This document shows, piece by piece, positions 46,513 to 56,822 of a stretch of 64,000 nt of DNA; the first letter of the stretch is position 1; each line of letters begins with the position of its first letter. The stretch spans positions 1 through 64,000 of the IMG/VR virus record IMGVR_UViG_3300037067_015585; one strand, given 5' to 3'. This DNA is from a virus. Its lineage: Duplodnaviria; Caudoviricetes. A program made the translations under genes and the position numbers. The notes under the pieces were generated by a model that was given only the letters and a program-made list of their open reading frames with translations, searched no databases and had not been told where the DNA came from.

Positions 46513-47460
46513 CTAATTAGGATAGTCTTTATCTGATTCACACAGCAAAGCTGCTGGATTAATAAGACCAAACCCACTAATATTATCTCTACCAGCATGA
46601 TCTATATCGGTCGAAGACTCAGATAACAGCTTGACTATCTCATCTTTAGTTAATCGTGATTTATTATTTTGTTTACGCTCAGATGCTATCAGTGCTATAA
46701 CACCAGCAACAAAAGGACATGCCATGCTAGTGCCACTCAATGCTGCTAATCCATTGGGTGGCCAGCATGATATAACTTGATCTCCTGGTGCTACTATATC
46801 GACACGATCTCCGCGAGATGAATAACTAGTGACACGTTTATTGCGATCGATAGCACCAACACCAATCGTCTCAGGATATCTAGCAGGATAATTTATAGCA
46901 TCAAGCACAGATCCATTATTCCCAGCAGCACAAACAATTATAGACTTTTCTGATGCTGATATAATAGCATTATGTAACATGTCAGTACTTGCTGGCGATC
47001 CGACACTCATAGATATTATATCAGCACCTTGCCATGTTGCCCACTTAAGCCCGTTTATAACTGCTTGGTCGTAACACGAATTATTGTCGGCAACAACCTT
47101 ACAGATCAGTAATTTACACTCAGGAGCAACACCTATGATACCCATATTGTTAGATCTGGCACCAATTATACCAGCAACATGTGTACCATGTCCTATAGCA
47201 TCTTCGACGCCGCGAGTGCTTCCAGTAAAATCAACGCTTAAAAATATGGCATCTATGAGATCTTGATGGTGTTGCGCTATTCCGGTATCAAGTATAGCGA
47301 CTTTTATGTCTTGACCTTTCGTTATCTTCCAAAGGTCCATGATACCTTCGCAGGTCAAGCCCCAATTCACAGTATCCGAATTAGACCTATTTACAGAAAA
47401 CGAAGGTAGTTTGAGACTTTGTGGTAGTTTAAGATTCTGTGGTAATTTAAGATTCTGCAT
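46513..47460 (-). CDS. S8 subtilisin-like serine protease (no signal peptide or pro-domain)
   Basis: VAILDTG (Asp), GHGTHVAG (His), AAGN, GTSMACP (Ser). Confidence 0.95.
   Translation of the reverse strand: MQNLKLPQNLKLPQSLKLPSFSVNRSNSDTVNWGLTCEGIMDLWKITKGQDIKVAILDTGIAQHHQDLIDAIFLSVDFTGSTRGVEDAIGHGTHVAGIIGARSNNMGIIGVAPECKLLICKVVADNNSCYDQAVINGLKWATWQGADIISMSVGSPASTDMLHNAIISASEKSIIVCAAGNNGSVLDAINYPARYPETIGVGAIDRNKRVTSYSSRGDRVDIVAPGDQVISCWPPNGLAALSGTSMACPFVAGVIALIASERKQNNKSRLTKDEIVKLLSESSTDIDHAGRDNISGFGLINPAALLCESDKDYPN
47405..47458. repeat. 3x 18-bp tandem repeat encoding Q[NS]LKLP at the subtilase N-terminus
   Basis: GGTAGTTTGAGACTTTGT / GGTAGTTTAAGATTCTGT / GGTAATTTAAGATTCTGC. Confidence 0.85.
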
Positions 47461-47491
47461 AATGATATCCGACTTATATTTGTCAATGCCA

Positions 47492-49420
47492 TTATGTGAT
47501 AATTTTATATTTCTTATTCGCTACTGGTGGAATATTTTGTGTTTCGATTGGTAATGCACCAAGTTGCTCAGCAAACTTAATAATCTCATTCGATATGCTA
47601 ATATCTACCGGTGGCTCAGAAAAACCAGACATCGGTGCTAACATTGATGGATCTAATTTAATCGTATCACTTTCTAGAATTCCAAGATCTGTCTGCATTG
47701 ATTCTTGGAATGGAATCAATCCACCAATCATCTGTGTTGCGGCATCATTGATGCCTATGCACGCTAGACCGAGACTAATAACTAAATCGTCATGATTACC
47801 TGGCCCGTCCTCTGCCTCAGTCTTATCGGTATCACGTCCAGCACGATCTTTTTTCCTTACATAAATCTGCAGTTGCTTTAATAAGCGACGGCTATAAACC
47901 TTATATCCACCTTCTGGTTGCAAATAATCGATTAATGCTTTATTTAATGTCGGTTTCGATGCTTGGCCAGTATAAAATCCATATTCAGCAAATTGAATAT
48001 GGTTCTTTCTAGCTGTTGCTGATGGTTTGTCGTTTATATCCTTTTTCCGCCACAGATTCGGATACATTAGGTCACGCATATCATCGATAAAAGCATCACC
48101 ACCATTATTACGCTCGATAACCATCATAGCGCTGTTATACCATCGACCAATATAATCGGCTAAAAGCTTGAAATGCTTCGGCAGGGTGCGTATCATCATC
48201 TCTGCAACTTGCTCTTGCGTATCTATATCTAGAACTTCAAGGCCAAAGTAGTCTCGGCCTTTACCAGTTGCAATATCAATTCCGATTGAATATCGATGCG
48301 GCTGCTCTCCTGGATCTACAAGATGACGTCCCTGATATATTGGTCTCTTACCACGATTTGGTTTTTTCCATATCCATAACCCTTCATCTTTATCTAATTC
48401 ACGTTTATCGCCGCCATTAAAATTAATAGACATATGTGTGTTTTTTACTGGATGCACATATGTCTGTGGTCCTTTTATTCGTTTGAAATCATCAGCCAGA
48501 ATCGTCTGGTAATATGCTAACACTCTCGGGTCAATAATCGTACTACCAGATCCAATAAACTCGGCAAGAATTTCTTGTCTGAATTTCCATGTTTCGCCGC
48601 GTTCTTGAAGACCGCGATATTGTTCTTCTAGCCATGGAGACCATTTTTGTCCATATTTCTCAATTTCTTCTGGTGTCACACAATCGCGTAATCCGGCTGT
48701 AGGCGCGATAATTTTTAATTCGCCAGTCATATCATCGCGATAGCGTATTTCCCAATCCATATCCCACCAGTCAATCTGGATGGGATGAAAATCGTTGAAA
48801 CCAGCAACAGCGTCAGTCCATGTGCTCCAATACCAACCACCAACACCAGAAGTCGTTGAAACCACAATAACACTACCACCGTGAATCAACGTCGGCTGAC
48901 CGGCTGCCCACATCACACCCATATCTCTAATGAATGCTGCTTCGTCGATAATATTCAATGACGAAGCATTCGAGCGTAATACATCTGGGTTTGATGTCAA
49001 TGACCTAATGCGAGATCCATTAGCAAAACATATTTCATGTTCATTTTCTTTTGTTGGCTTCCAGGCATCCTGCATCCATTGCGGAAGATAACGAAATAAG
49101 AAAATGATATTCTCACGTAAAAAGTTGATGGCATCTCCATCAGTACGTGAAACTATCAATACCGTTTTATTGGCAAAAAACATCGCAAACCACAATGCAA
49201 ACGCACCAGCAATCTTACTGGCACCAGTTTGTCGTGATTTTTTGAATATGTTAAATCGATATTTTCTAAAAGCATTTAGCGCTTTGATTTGATAACTAAA
49301 TGGATCTAATGGTAGAATGCCAGCAGTAGGATGCTTAGTTTTACCAAAATTCTTGAGGAAGAATATAGTAGACTTCTGACACCGACGCACAACTTCAGTT
49401 TGTGTAGCTGTAAAAGCCAT
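47492..49420 (-). CDS. terL: terminase large subunit (gp17-like)
   Basis: KSRQTGAS, IIDEAAF, VSTTSG, GIDIATG.G.D, IERNN.G, HDDLV. Confidence 0.95.
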   Translation of the reverse strand: MAFTATQTEVVRRCQKSTIFFLKNFGKTKHPTAGILPLDPFSYQIKALNAFRKYRFNIFKKSRQTGASKIAGAFALWFAMFFANKTVLIVSRTDGDAINFLRENIIFLFRYLPQWMQDAWKPTKENEHEICFANGSRIRSLTSNPDVLRSNASSLNIIDEAAFIRDMGVMWAAGQPTLIHGGSVIVVSTTSGVGGWYWSTWTDAVAGFNDFHPIQIDWWDMDWEIRYRDDMTGELKIIAPTAGLRDCVTPEEIEKYGQKWSPWLEEQYRGLQERGETWKFRQEILAEFIGSGSTIIDPRVLAYYQTILADDFKRIKGPQTYVHPVKNTHMSINFNGGDKRELDKDEGLWIWKKPNRGKRPIYQGRHLVDPGEQPHRYSIGIDIATGKGRDYFGLEVLDIDTQEQVAEMMIRTLPKHFKLLADYIGRWYNSAMMVIERNNGGDAFIDDMRDLMYPNLWRKKDINDKPSATARKNHIQFAEYGFYTGQASKPTLNKALIDYLQPEGGYKVYSRRLLKQLQIYVRKKDRAGRDTDKTEAEDGPGNHDDLVISLGLACIGINDAATQMIGGLIPFQESMQTDLGILESDTIKLDPSMLAPMSGFSEPPVDISISNEIIKFAEQLGALPIETQNIPPVANKKYKIIT

Positions 49421-49998
49421 TACTCATCTCCAGATGATTGGCTTAATATTTTTAATAATTCAGCGTCACTGCCAGATACATTAACGTTATTTTGAATGGC
49501 ATTAACAGCAGCTTTCGTCGCAGATAGCAACTTAGAGCGTGAATCAAGCAACTTTACTGAATGGCCGTTCGTGTCAGCGAGAACGCCAAGTGCTTTTACT
49601 AACGACATCGTGTCTGTTTCGGCGTCAGTATTTGCTCTAACACGCACCAATAGTATATCTATGACCTCATCGATTTTGCAACGATCTCTCTTAAGATTAG
49701 TCTGAACTTCGTTATAATCATGATCAAATTTTTCTACTACATTATTCAAATCTGTCAAAGATTGTGGTGTTTGCTCTACTATTGGCAAATCTGGCAGATC
49801 TGTTTGTTCTACATCTACTATCGGATCACTCAATTCTGGATCAGGAATTGTAGTAGGCACAATTAATGCAGTTTGTGCCGGTGCTTCTATTGATGCCTGC
49901 ACGTCATCGGCTGGCTTCTCTAATTCTAAATCAGCCAATAACGATTGTAATTCATCATCCATAGCCTTTAATGGTTCTTCAGGCATTAATTTTTCCAT
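49420..49998 (-). CDS. probable terminase small subunit
   Basis: coupled upstream of terL; helical; NNVN tail. Confidence 0.55.
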   Translation of the reverse strand: MEKLMPEEPLKAMDDELQSLLADLELEKPADDVQASIEAPAQTALIVPTTIPDPELSDPIVDVEQTDLPDLPIVEQTPQSLTDLNNVVEKFDHDYNEVQTNLKRDRCKIDEVIDILLVRVRANTDAETDTMSLVKALGVLADTNGHSVKLLDSRSKLLSATKAAVNAIQNNVNVSGSDAELLKILSQSSGDE

Positions 49999-50482
49999 CA
50001 GTATAATTCTCTATTAGGTCTTTTAAGCCCGACAGCCATCGATCGTCGAACTGACTTGGCCGCTGCGATAGCTTTTTTACAAGCATATAAAGAGATCCTC
50101 GATCAACATCACGTAATTTAGACTCACACTCAGATAGTGCAAGTCCCTTATTTATTTGCAAAAATTCAATTGCCTCTTTAAATTGCTCTGGATGTGCTTT
50201 GTTATGTTTAATCCGATTACGTAATGCACCCTTACCACGTAATGTTGAAGTTGGATCGTTGTGGTCGGCAGGCTCGTGGTCAGTCTTATCGTCAACCTGA
50301 CGCCCCAGACTACTAGATCGTGGGCCAATCTTGGCAGATTTCATCTGCCTCTGAACTCGCTTATTAATGCTCGTAGAATTTGTTTCAGCTATAAATTTAT
50401 TGAAATCGTCGGCAGTTACCGTTTTTTCGTCAATCAGACGATTAATCTTTTGTACGGCATCTTCAGTATCTTGCTTTTCCAT
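49979..50482 (-). CDS. hypothetical protein
   Basis: 167-aa ORF, coupled to neighbours. Confidence 0.6.
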   Translation of the reverse strand: MEKQDTEDAVQKINRLIDEKTVTADDFNKFIAETNSTSINKRVQRQMKSAKIGPRSSSLGRQVDDKTDHEPADHNDPTSTLRGKGALRNRIKHNKAHPEQFKEAIEFLQINKGLALSECESKLRDVDRGSLYMLVKKLSQRPSQFDDRWLSGLKDLIENYTDGKINA

Positions 50483-51510
50483 TATTCTTCATCCTGGCAG
50501 AGGAATTGTTTCTTTAACTGCTTGTCGTGTTCATTTTCGTGACTTAGCGGTGAGTCTGTAAACTCGTGGCTGCGTAATCTTAGCATCTTAATAAAATTAT
50601 TCACTTGAATGCGTGACAACCCAGAATGCTCAACCAGCTTGCCAATTAATCCATCATATGGTTTGTCGTCGTTTTTTATTATGTTGCAGAGTGCTTCTAT
50701 ACACCTCATATTGTCTGCACTATATTTGCAGATTTGAGATGCCTCTGTGAAGAATCTCTTTAAACGATCTTCGTCAACCTTATTCGTACTACAGATATGA
50801 TCCTTATATGCCGATGAATTTTTTCGATCGCGGCCTTCTTTCTTAACAAAAGCTAAAATGACTGTGCGGCTGACCTGTGACCACATATTAAAAACTTTAG
50901 AGTTTCCTCTGAAAAGAACAGTAACAGATCCACCAAACGTCCCTTGCTTCGGTTCAACATCTGGGTGAGAATCTAGCATAGCACCACAATAAGGACATCT
51001 AGGATGATGCTTTTCAAAGACAACAAATTTCTTGCTACCTGTCTGGCTGTATTTTGGATCGAATAATTGTTCGAATGTAATTATACCATATTCTGATTCA
51101 GATGGTATGTATAAAGCTGAGCCAATAGGTCTATCTGGATTATAACAGTTTCTGCAATGCGGTTTTGCTCTAAATTTATATAATGTTCGTTCAACTTGCA
51201 CCCATGCCGTTTGCACTAAATCACCAAAGGCTGATTCTTCTTGCCCAGGATAAATCATGTGCAGATTTTGTTTTCTGATTATCTGTTTGATTAATTCTGG
51301 TGCATGAATCATTATAGAATCACGAATAGCAACGTCAGTACAATTAGTCCAAATGTAACGACGCAACTTGTCTTCTACAATCTCGTTGATGAAATAGTGT
51401 TTTTTTAGTAATAATCCCGGATCATCTGGGAGAACTTCCTCGATATCATCTGCTGGTAGTTCGGATAAATCTTCTAAATCTACAGAATCAAGATCATCTT
51501 CAATCAACAT
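50482..51510 (-). CDS. late-transcription sigma factor-like protein (T4 gp55-like) with Zn-finger insertion
   Basis: KHYF...E.....Y; DL.Q.AW...ERTL.KF [CRNC...CPYC insert] GNSKVFNMWSQVSRT.IL resembles sigma region 2. Confidence 0.6.
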   Translation of the reverse strand: MLIEDDLDSVDLEDLSELPADDIEEVLPDDPGLLLKKHYFINEIVEDKLRRYIWTNCTDVAIRDSIMIHAPELIKQIIRKQNLHMIYPGQEESAFGDLVQTAWVQVERTLYKFRAKPHCRNCYNPDRPIGSALYIPSESEYGIITFEQLFDPKYSQTGSKKFVVFEKHHPRCPYCGAMLDSHPDVEPKQGTFGGSVTVLFRGNSKVFNMWSQVSRTVILAFVKKEGRDRKNSSAYKDHICSTNKVDEDRLKRFFTEASQICKYSADNMRCIEALCNIIKNDDKPYDGLIGKLVEHSGLSRIQVNNFIKMLRLRSHEFTDSPLSHENEHDKQLKKQFLCQDEE

Positions 51511-51623
51511 GGTAATGTCCTCCGAAACTATTTACTTACATAAGTATTTTTATTTCTATGGTGGCCAAGTTAGTAGTATAATATAATTATTATTTCCAAA
51601 GTATTTCGAAGTATTTAATTAGT

Positions 51624-53243
51624 ATGATCGCTACAATAATAACAAACAGGACAATACAACTTTCTAATATTACTGTATGGGAAGAAGAAATATTAGATAA
51701 GAGATTTAGTGCATCACGCCCGACAGCCAGATTTATAGATGTATCTGGTGGATCTAGTTGGGATGGTATCTATCGCAAATACAATTGCGTGAACAAGACA
51801 CTTGCGCGACCTTTCCTGGGCGAGCTTCGTGCCTTATGCAAAGAAAAGGGATTATCATTATCAATACAAGATAAAAGACCAAAGGCAAAATATAAGCCAA
51901 TTGATATTTCTCTAATAAACGAAGATTTCCTACCAGGTATAAAATTAAAGCAATTCCAAATAGATGCAATTAAGACAATTTATAATACTGAAGTCGGAAT
52001 CGTAAATGTTACGATGGGTGGCGGAAAAGGCGAGCTAATAGCTGGAATATGCAAAGCAATGAAATGCCCAACAGCAATTATTGCCGAACAAATCCAAGTT
52101 ATAGAACAACTTAAGCAAAGATTGCGTCTGCGTGATGTGTGTCAGGAACCAGGGCTATTCTATGCTGGTAAAATGCCAGCTGGTGAATTAATTATTATTG
52201 GTTCGATACAATCATTAGTAAAGCCAAAACAAAAACCAGAAAAGCCATTGCTTGAAAATTTTAAGGATAGCAAATCTGGGACTGCTGAAAAGAAACACGC
52301 AAAAGCACTCACTAACTACGAAATAAAAATAAAAGCATATAGAAGTAGAGTAAAGAAAGCAGAGGCTTTACATAAGCTTATTGGATCATGCGAGATGCTT
52401 CTTGTAGATGAGTGCGATCTTGCTACATCAGCTACATATAAAAGCCTATTTAGATTCTGGTTCAAGGGCCGTAGAAGATATGGGATGACTGGTACTCCAT
52501 ATGATGAAGATAGACCAGTAGAAAATCTGGTATTACAAGAGCATCTTGGATCTGTAATTTATTCACAAGACAGAGAAAGTGTAGAAAAAACTGGCCTAAC
52601 TGTACCAATTTTATATTACGCATTAGCATTCGGAGAAGATGGCAATAAAGATGAGGCATCTGCCTTTGATATTGCAATCGACGAAATGATAGTCCATAAT
52701 GAAAAATTTCATCGATTCATAGCAGCATTGTGCAAGAAATTTGTTGATGATGGCACTCTAATCTTGGTCGAACGTGATGATCTTGGTTATGCATTACAAA
52801 AGCTAATACCAAATTCTGATTTCATTCACGGCAAAACGACTAAGAAAAGAAGGCCGGAAATTATAAAAGCATTTGAATCGCGTGAATTAAAAGTTCTTAT
52901 TGGCGGAAAGAATGTTAGACGTGGTTTAGATTTAAAGGGTGGTTGTGAGAATTTAATACTTGCTACGGGCGGCAAGATGGCGTCAGAATTTAAGCAGCGA
53001 ATAGCAAGAGCTGCCAGAATAAATAAAAAAGGGCATGCCAGAGTTTTCGACATCTATTTTCTATGCAATAAATATCTTTACGCACATTCAAGGAAGAGAT
53101 TCAAAGCTGCGGTGAAAGCCGGATATGTTTCTAAAGTAGTATTCAGTACCGGTAGCGTCGAAGGCGAAAAGTTTATAAAATCAAGATTTCATAAACCAAA
53201 GCCAAAGAGAAAAGACCTACCGGGACAAAAGAAGCTATTCTAA
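51624..53243 (+). CDS. uvsW: UvsW-like SF2 DNA helicase
   Basis: LKQFQ, TMGGGKG, LVDECD, GMTGTP, RRGLDL, QRIARAAR. Confidence 0.8.
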   Translation: MIATIITNRTIQLSNITVWEEEILDKRFSASRPTARFIDVSGGSSWDGIYRKYNCVNKTLARPFLGELRALCKEKGLSLSIQDKRPKAKYKPIDISLINEDFLPGIKLKQFQIDAIKTIYNTEVGIVNVTMGGGKGELIAGICKAMKCPTAIIAEQIQVIEQLKQRLRLRDVCQEPGLFYAGKMPAGELIIIGSIQSLVKPKQKPEKPLLENFKDSKSGTAEKKHAKALTNYEIKIKAYRSRVKKAEALHKLIGSCEMLLVDECDLATSATYKSLFRFWFKGRRRYGMTGTPYDEDRPVENLVLQEHLGSVIYSQDRESVEKTGLTVPILYYALAFGEDGNKDEASAFDIAIDEMIVHNEKFHRFIAALCKKFVDDGTLILVERDDLGYALQKLIPNSDFIHGKTTKKRRPEIIKAFESRELKVLIGGKNVRRGLDLKGGCENLILATGGKMASEFKQRIARAARINKKGHARVFDIYFLCNKYLYAHSRKRFKAAVKAGYVSKVVFSTGSVEGEKFIKSRFHKPKPKRKDLPGQKKLF

Positions 53244-55405
53244 CCAGCTTTGTTGATAAGTGGTAGATGTACTTCACATCTGTCACCATCACAGAACTTA
53301 GAGCCAATAGCATCTTCGGTATTCTTCTTATCTTCTAAGAAATATTTCTCAAAATCAATCGGCTTCAGTTTAGCATTGTAAGCTTCAACTTCTTCTTTTG
53401 TAGCTGATTGATATGGTGCTTGTGGATATCCGTGATCTAAGTAAGGCAAGAAACTAACACCCTTCAATTCGTCATCAAACGATTCGAGGACATATGGTAT
53501 ATCTTTGGCTTCTTCTGGTTTGAATTGAATTGTACACGACACTTGATTGTCCGCCCAATATCGTTGATAGTCAACGGCATTCTTTGTTTGTTGCCAAATT
53601 GAGATTTCTGATACTGTCGGGATGTCTGGCTCAGATACACCAAAACAAACGACGCTAGTTTTATCGTCAGTGGTGGCCTTCTCAACTTTGTAGCCAGCCT
53701 CAATTAATGCCTTGACTAAGATACTATCACTAGAGATACGGACATTTCTCCAATATGATCGCGTTGGTGCGATTGTGAAATGCACACCTGCTGTCGCACC
53801 TGCAAGCAATGAAACAGAACCGCTTGGCTTTACGCTGGTACGTTTTATCGACTTACTGACGCACAGCCATTCAGAGTAAATGTCGTCCCAATGGCGTACA
53901 ACATCATATCCCTTATTACAAAACTCTGATAATACTTGGCGTCGACCAAATTTGGCAAAAGCCTGAATAATGCCGCTCTGTGATAGTCCTATACGTCTAT
54001 TTCTCAACAAGACCGCATTAGTTTTTTTGCAATGCGTTGGCAACAATGTGACCGTCTTGGCATATAGATAAGCGAATTTTAGCGTCCTGTGATAATCCGC
54101 TGCATCATCGTGATGCGCTGGAAATGTCTCACACAAGCAGCACAGTTCACCGTCTTCTAACGATTGCTCACCACACGGGTTAGTGCCGATTGCTCTCTTA
54201 TCGATTCCTTCCTTGCGGCCATCGATAGTGCGGCAAAAATTCTGCACATTATCAAGCCACAAACATCCTGGTTCGCCATTTTCTGAAATCTGGCTAGCAA
54301 CACCACGATAATCCATACCGACTTTAGCGAAGATTGAATTATTTGAAGCCCACCTATGCGATATTAGTTGTTCGCCAAACAACGTCTTATCCTTCATCTG
54401 CATATAATCCCAGTCAGCTGGATCGCCAAGTGCGATTTCGCTAGACCTTCGAACATTTCCGGCAACCACACACCTGCCGATAAAGTTCATAAGATCAACA
54501 ATATCAACAGACGTAATAATTGGGTTCTTACGTCTTAAAATGTTATGGAAATGTTTCGACACCATCTTGTGTAAGTCTTTAAGTACGTCTGGTCCGCTAG
54601 CCTTTCCGCCAAATCCCTTAATTTCAGCACCAGCTCGACGGATCGGCGAATAATCAAACTTCACAATCCCAAGTTCTGGCCTGTTTGTAAATGACTCAAT
54701 CAACGCTCTTAATGAGTCAACCCAACCTTCACGTGAATCGTCAATAACCCAAATAGTTTCCGTGTCGTTCGGTTTAATAACGCTTATTTTATTCGCGCCA
54801 CATGTATCAAATCCGACACCAACACCAAGCATCGACATATCCATAACAAAACAGAATGGCCATGCCGGATCTTCAGCAATATTTCTAGTACTACAAAAGC
54901 CGCAGTTATTCAAGCTTGCTGATCCGAGTTTCCACATGTGCGGGGTGCCCATCACCCACAGGCCACGACCAGGAGGAAGGAATTTGAAATCCCACATTCT
55001 CTGGAACATCTCTTGGGCAGACTTTTGTGCTTTAGCACGTCCCCATGGTAGCGCCATACCGCCAAAAGCGATATTGTCGTTCTTTTCAGTGTTGTCGTCC
55101 TTTTCAACACTATCCTTTTTCCCTGTACTGCACCATTGCCTTTGAATTTCATAACACCCCTCGACGACACGTTGTAATGTGTCGGCGAACGTCTCTTTGG
55201 TGCCATCTTCTTTGAGACGAGAATATGTTCTGTAGAAAACAAACTCGCCAAGACCATTATAACCAAATTTCGGCTTCTTACCAGCGAATTTAGCTATAAA
55301 TGCCGGATCTAGTTTGAATGGCGCGTTATCTTTATGCTGTTTGCGTCCATTTTTTGAAACTGGGTTCTTAGCGGTAGTTGGTGCTGGTTTTACTAACGTT
55401 GGCAC
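53240..55405 (-). CDS. nrdJ: class II (B12-dependent) ribonucleotide reductase
   Basis: RTYSR, PPGRGLW, NNC, VAGNVRRS, TNPCGEQ.L, KPSGSVSLL, C-terminal CDGDRC. Confidence 0.93.
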   Translation of the reverse strand: MPTLVKPAPTTAKNPVSKNGRKQHKDNAPFKLDPAFIAKFAGKKPKFGYNGLGEFVFYRTYSRLKEDGTKETFADTLQRVVEGCYEIQRQWCSTGKKDSVEKDDNTEKNDNIAFGGMALPWGRAKAQKSAQEMFQRMWDFKFLPPGRGLWVMGTPHMWKLGSASLNNCGFCSTRNIAEDPAWPFCFVMDMSMLGVGVGFDTCGANKISVIKPNDTETIWVIDDSREGWVDSLRALIESFTNRPELGIVKFDYSPIRRAGAEIKGFGGKASGPDVLKDLHKMVSKHFHNILRRKNPIITSVDIVDLMNFIGRCVVAGNVRRSSEIALGDPADWDYMQMKDKTLFGEQLISHRWASNNSIFAKVGMDYRGVASQISENGEPGCLWLDNVQNFCRTIDGRKEGIDKRAIGTNPCGEQSLEDGELCCLCETFPAHHDDAADYHRTLKFAYLYAKTVTLLPTHCKKTNAVLLRNRRIGLSQSGIIQAFAKFGRRQVLSEFCNKGYDVVRHWDDIYSEWLCVSKSIKRTSVKPSGSVSLLAGATAGVHFTIAPTRSYWRNVRISSDSILVKALIEAGYKVEKATTDDKTSVVCFGVSEPDIPTVSEISIWQQTKNAVDYQRYWADNQVSCTIQFKPEEAKDIPYVLESFDDELKGVSFLPYLDHGYPQAPYQSATKEEVEAYNAKLKPIDFEKYFLEDKKNTEDAIGSKFCDGDRCEVHLPLINKAG

Positions 55406-56073
55406 AGTGTCATTCTCCAGTCATTTCCTAAAATTGTTTTTGCTCGTGACCTAAAATCGTCATCCTTCAAGAAATTGTTTGCTAAGCAATACAATTCCGA
55501 TTCTGATGGTAATGAATCACGTTCATCAGGTGCAGTTATGGTCAATTTTGATAGAGCCTCTGTACATACCATTGACATAGCCAGGTACATGTCGTTGATA
55601 CCATTGCTTTTGTACCATCTAACAATATTACGTGGTCCATCGAATGACTCACGATTAAGAAGAACACTTATAGGTGATTTGTTGTTATATTTTGATGTGA
55701 TGAATTTGTGTATTGCTTTTAGTCGTATTATTCTATCATTTGTTTTCGCAGAATGTTTTTGCATGCGATCGTAGCATATATCCATCATATTATCTTGCAA
55801 GAATATCGACAAACCCTTATGCAATAAATTCTTCTCTTTGAAATAACCAACAGCTATATTGATAAATGCTTTTGCTGTTGGTTTATCTAATCCCCATTCA
55901 TCTATTTTGCACGCAAGCCGTGTAACATATCGCCACTGATAAGTTTTTTGTGGATTCGTATTCTTTGGAAATACCAACTTCATGCCATTTATCGCAAAAG
56001 CTTCCTGACACCATTTCCATGTACGTAATGTTGCTGGGGCTTCTAGTATTTGAGTCATTTGTTCACCTTTCAC
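55393..56073 (-). CDS. hypothetical protein
   Basis: 226-aa ORF; start may be MTQILE. Confidence 0.6.
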   Translation of the reverse strand: MKGEQMTQILEAPATLRTWKWCQEAFAINGMKLVFPKNTNPQKTYQWRYVTRLACKIDEWGLDKPTAKAFINIAVGYFKEKNLLHKGLSIFLQDNMMDICYDRMQKHSAKTNDRIIRLKAIHKFITSKYNNKSPISVLLNRESFDGPRNIVRWYKSNGINDMYLAMSMVCTEALSKLTITAPDERDSLPSESELYCLANNFLKDDDFRSRAKTILGNDWRMTLCQR

Positions 56074-56098
56074 GACACTCTAATACTACAAAACACTC

Positions 56099-56404
56099 AT
56101 GGCAAAATCAGAAAAAGATAGCATCAAGAAGACCCAAGAAGTCACACAACAAACATCACAACAAAATGACGTGCAAAAGGATGCACGAGTAGAGTTTGAA
56201 CAGCGATTTAACTTTTTTATGACCCAATTCCGCACAGTTTGCGAAGAGGCTAAAACGCCGGTTGCGATAGCCATAGTTTTAGACGCCGAGCATCCAGAAA
56301 CTCCATTTATCTACAGCCATGGCCATATATATGATCAAGCACTAATTCTGGCCGAGGTACTGCGTAAATTGAAAGATGAAATAAAAACGAATTTATCGAC
56401 TTAA
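56099..56404 (+). CDS. hypothetical protein
   Basis: 101-aa ORF, divergent orientation. Confidence 0.55.
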   Translation: MAKSEKDSIKKTQEVTQQTSQQNDVQKDARVEFEQRFNFFMTQFRTVCEEAKTPVAIAIVLDAEHPETPFIYSHGHIYDQALILAEVLRKLKDEIKTNLST

Positions 56405-56405
56405 A

Positions 56406-56822
56406 TTATTCTATCGATTCGACAAATAGATTTGCTATTCTACTTCTTAACGAATCATATGGCAGCGCGTCGTAGCAATCTAATAATAATTTACATATGG
56501 GATTGTGCTTGTCCATTTCAAGACGATGTACAAATAAATCTAATGATGGCGGACATTTCAAACTAATAAATGACTGCCCCCATGTTTTATTTATCTGATC
56601 TATAACTGACGGTATTAACATATCTGATTCATCGCCATATGTCCCGCGTATAGCACCCTCGACAGAGGCTAAAACTTTGCCTTTAGTGGTATGAATATAC
56701 GCTTTTGTTGGATCTTGATCAAATACGATTAACCACAATGGTATGACTTTATCGTCTAATATCGTTTCGCTATAATTGATTAATGATTCCACCGGTAGTT
56801 CGTCTTTCAATATCATTGTCAT
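56406..56822 (-). CDS. hypothetical protein
   Basis: 138-aa ORF. Confidence 0.55.
   Translation of the reverse strand: MTMILKDELPVESLINYSETILDDKVIPLWLIVFDQDPTKAYIHTTKGKVLASVEGAIRGTYGDESDMLIPSVIDQINKTWGQSFISLKCPPSLDLFVHRLEMDKHNPICKLLLDCYDALPYDSLRSRIANLFVESIE

Noticed and set aside
47492-55405. Inteins or introns in terminase, helicase or RNR
   Set aside because: The ORFs are continuous and of normal length, with no intein C...HN or LAGLIDADG motifs seen.
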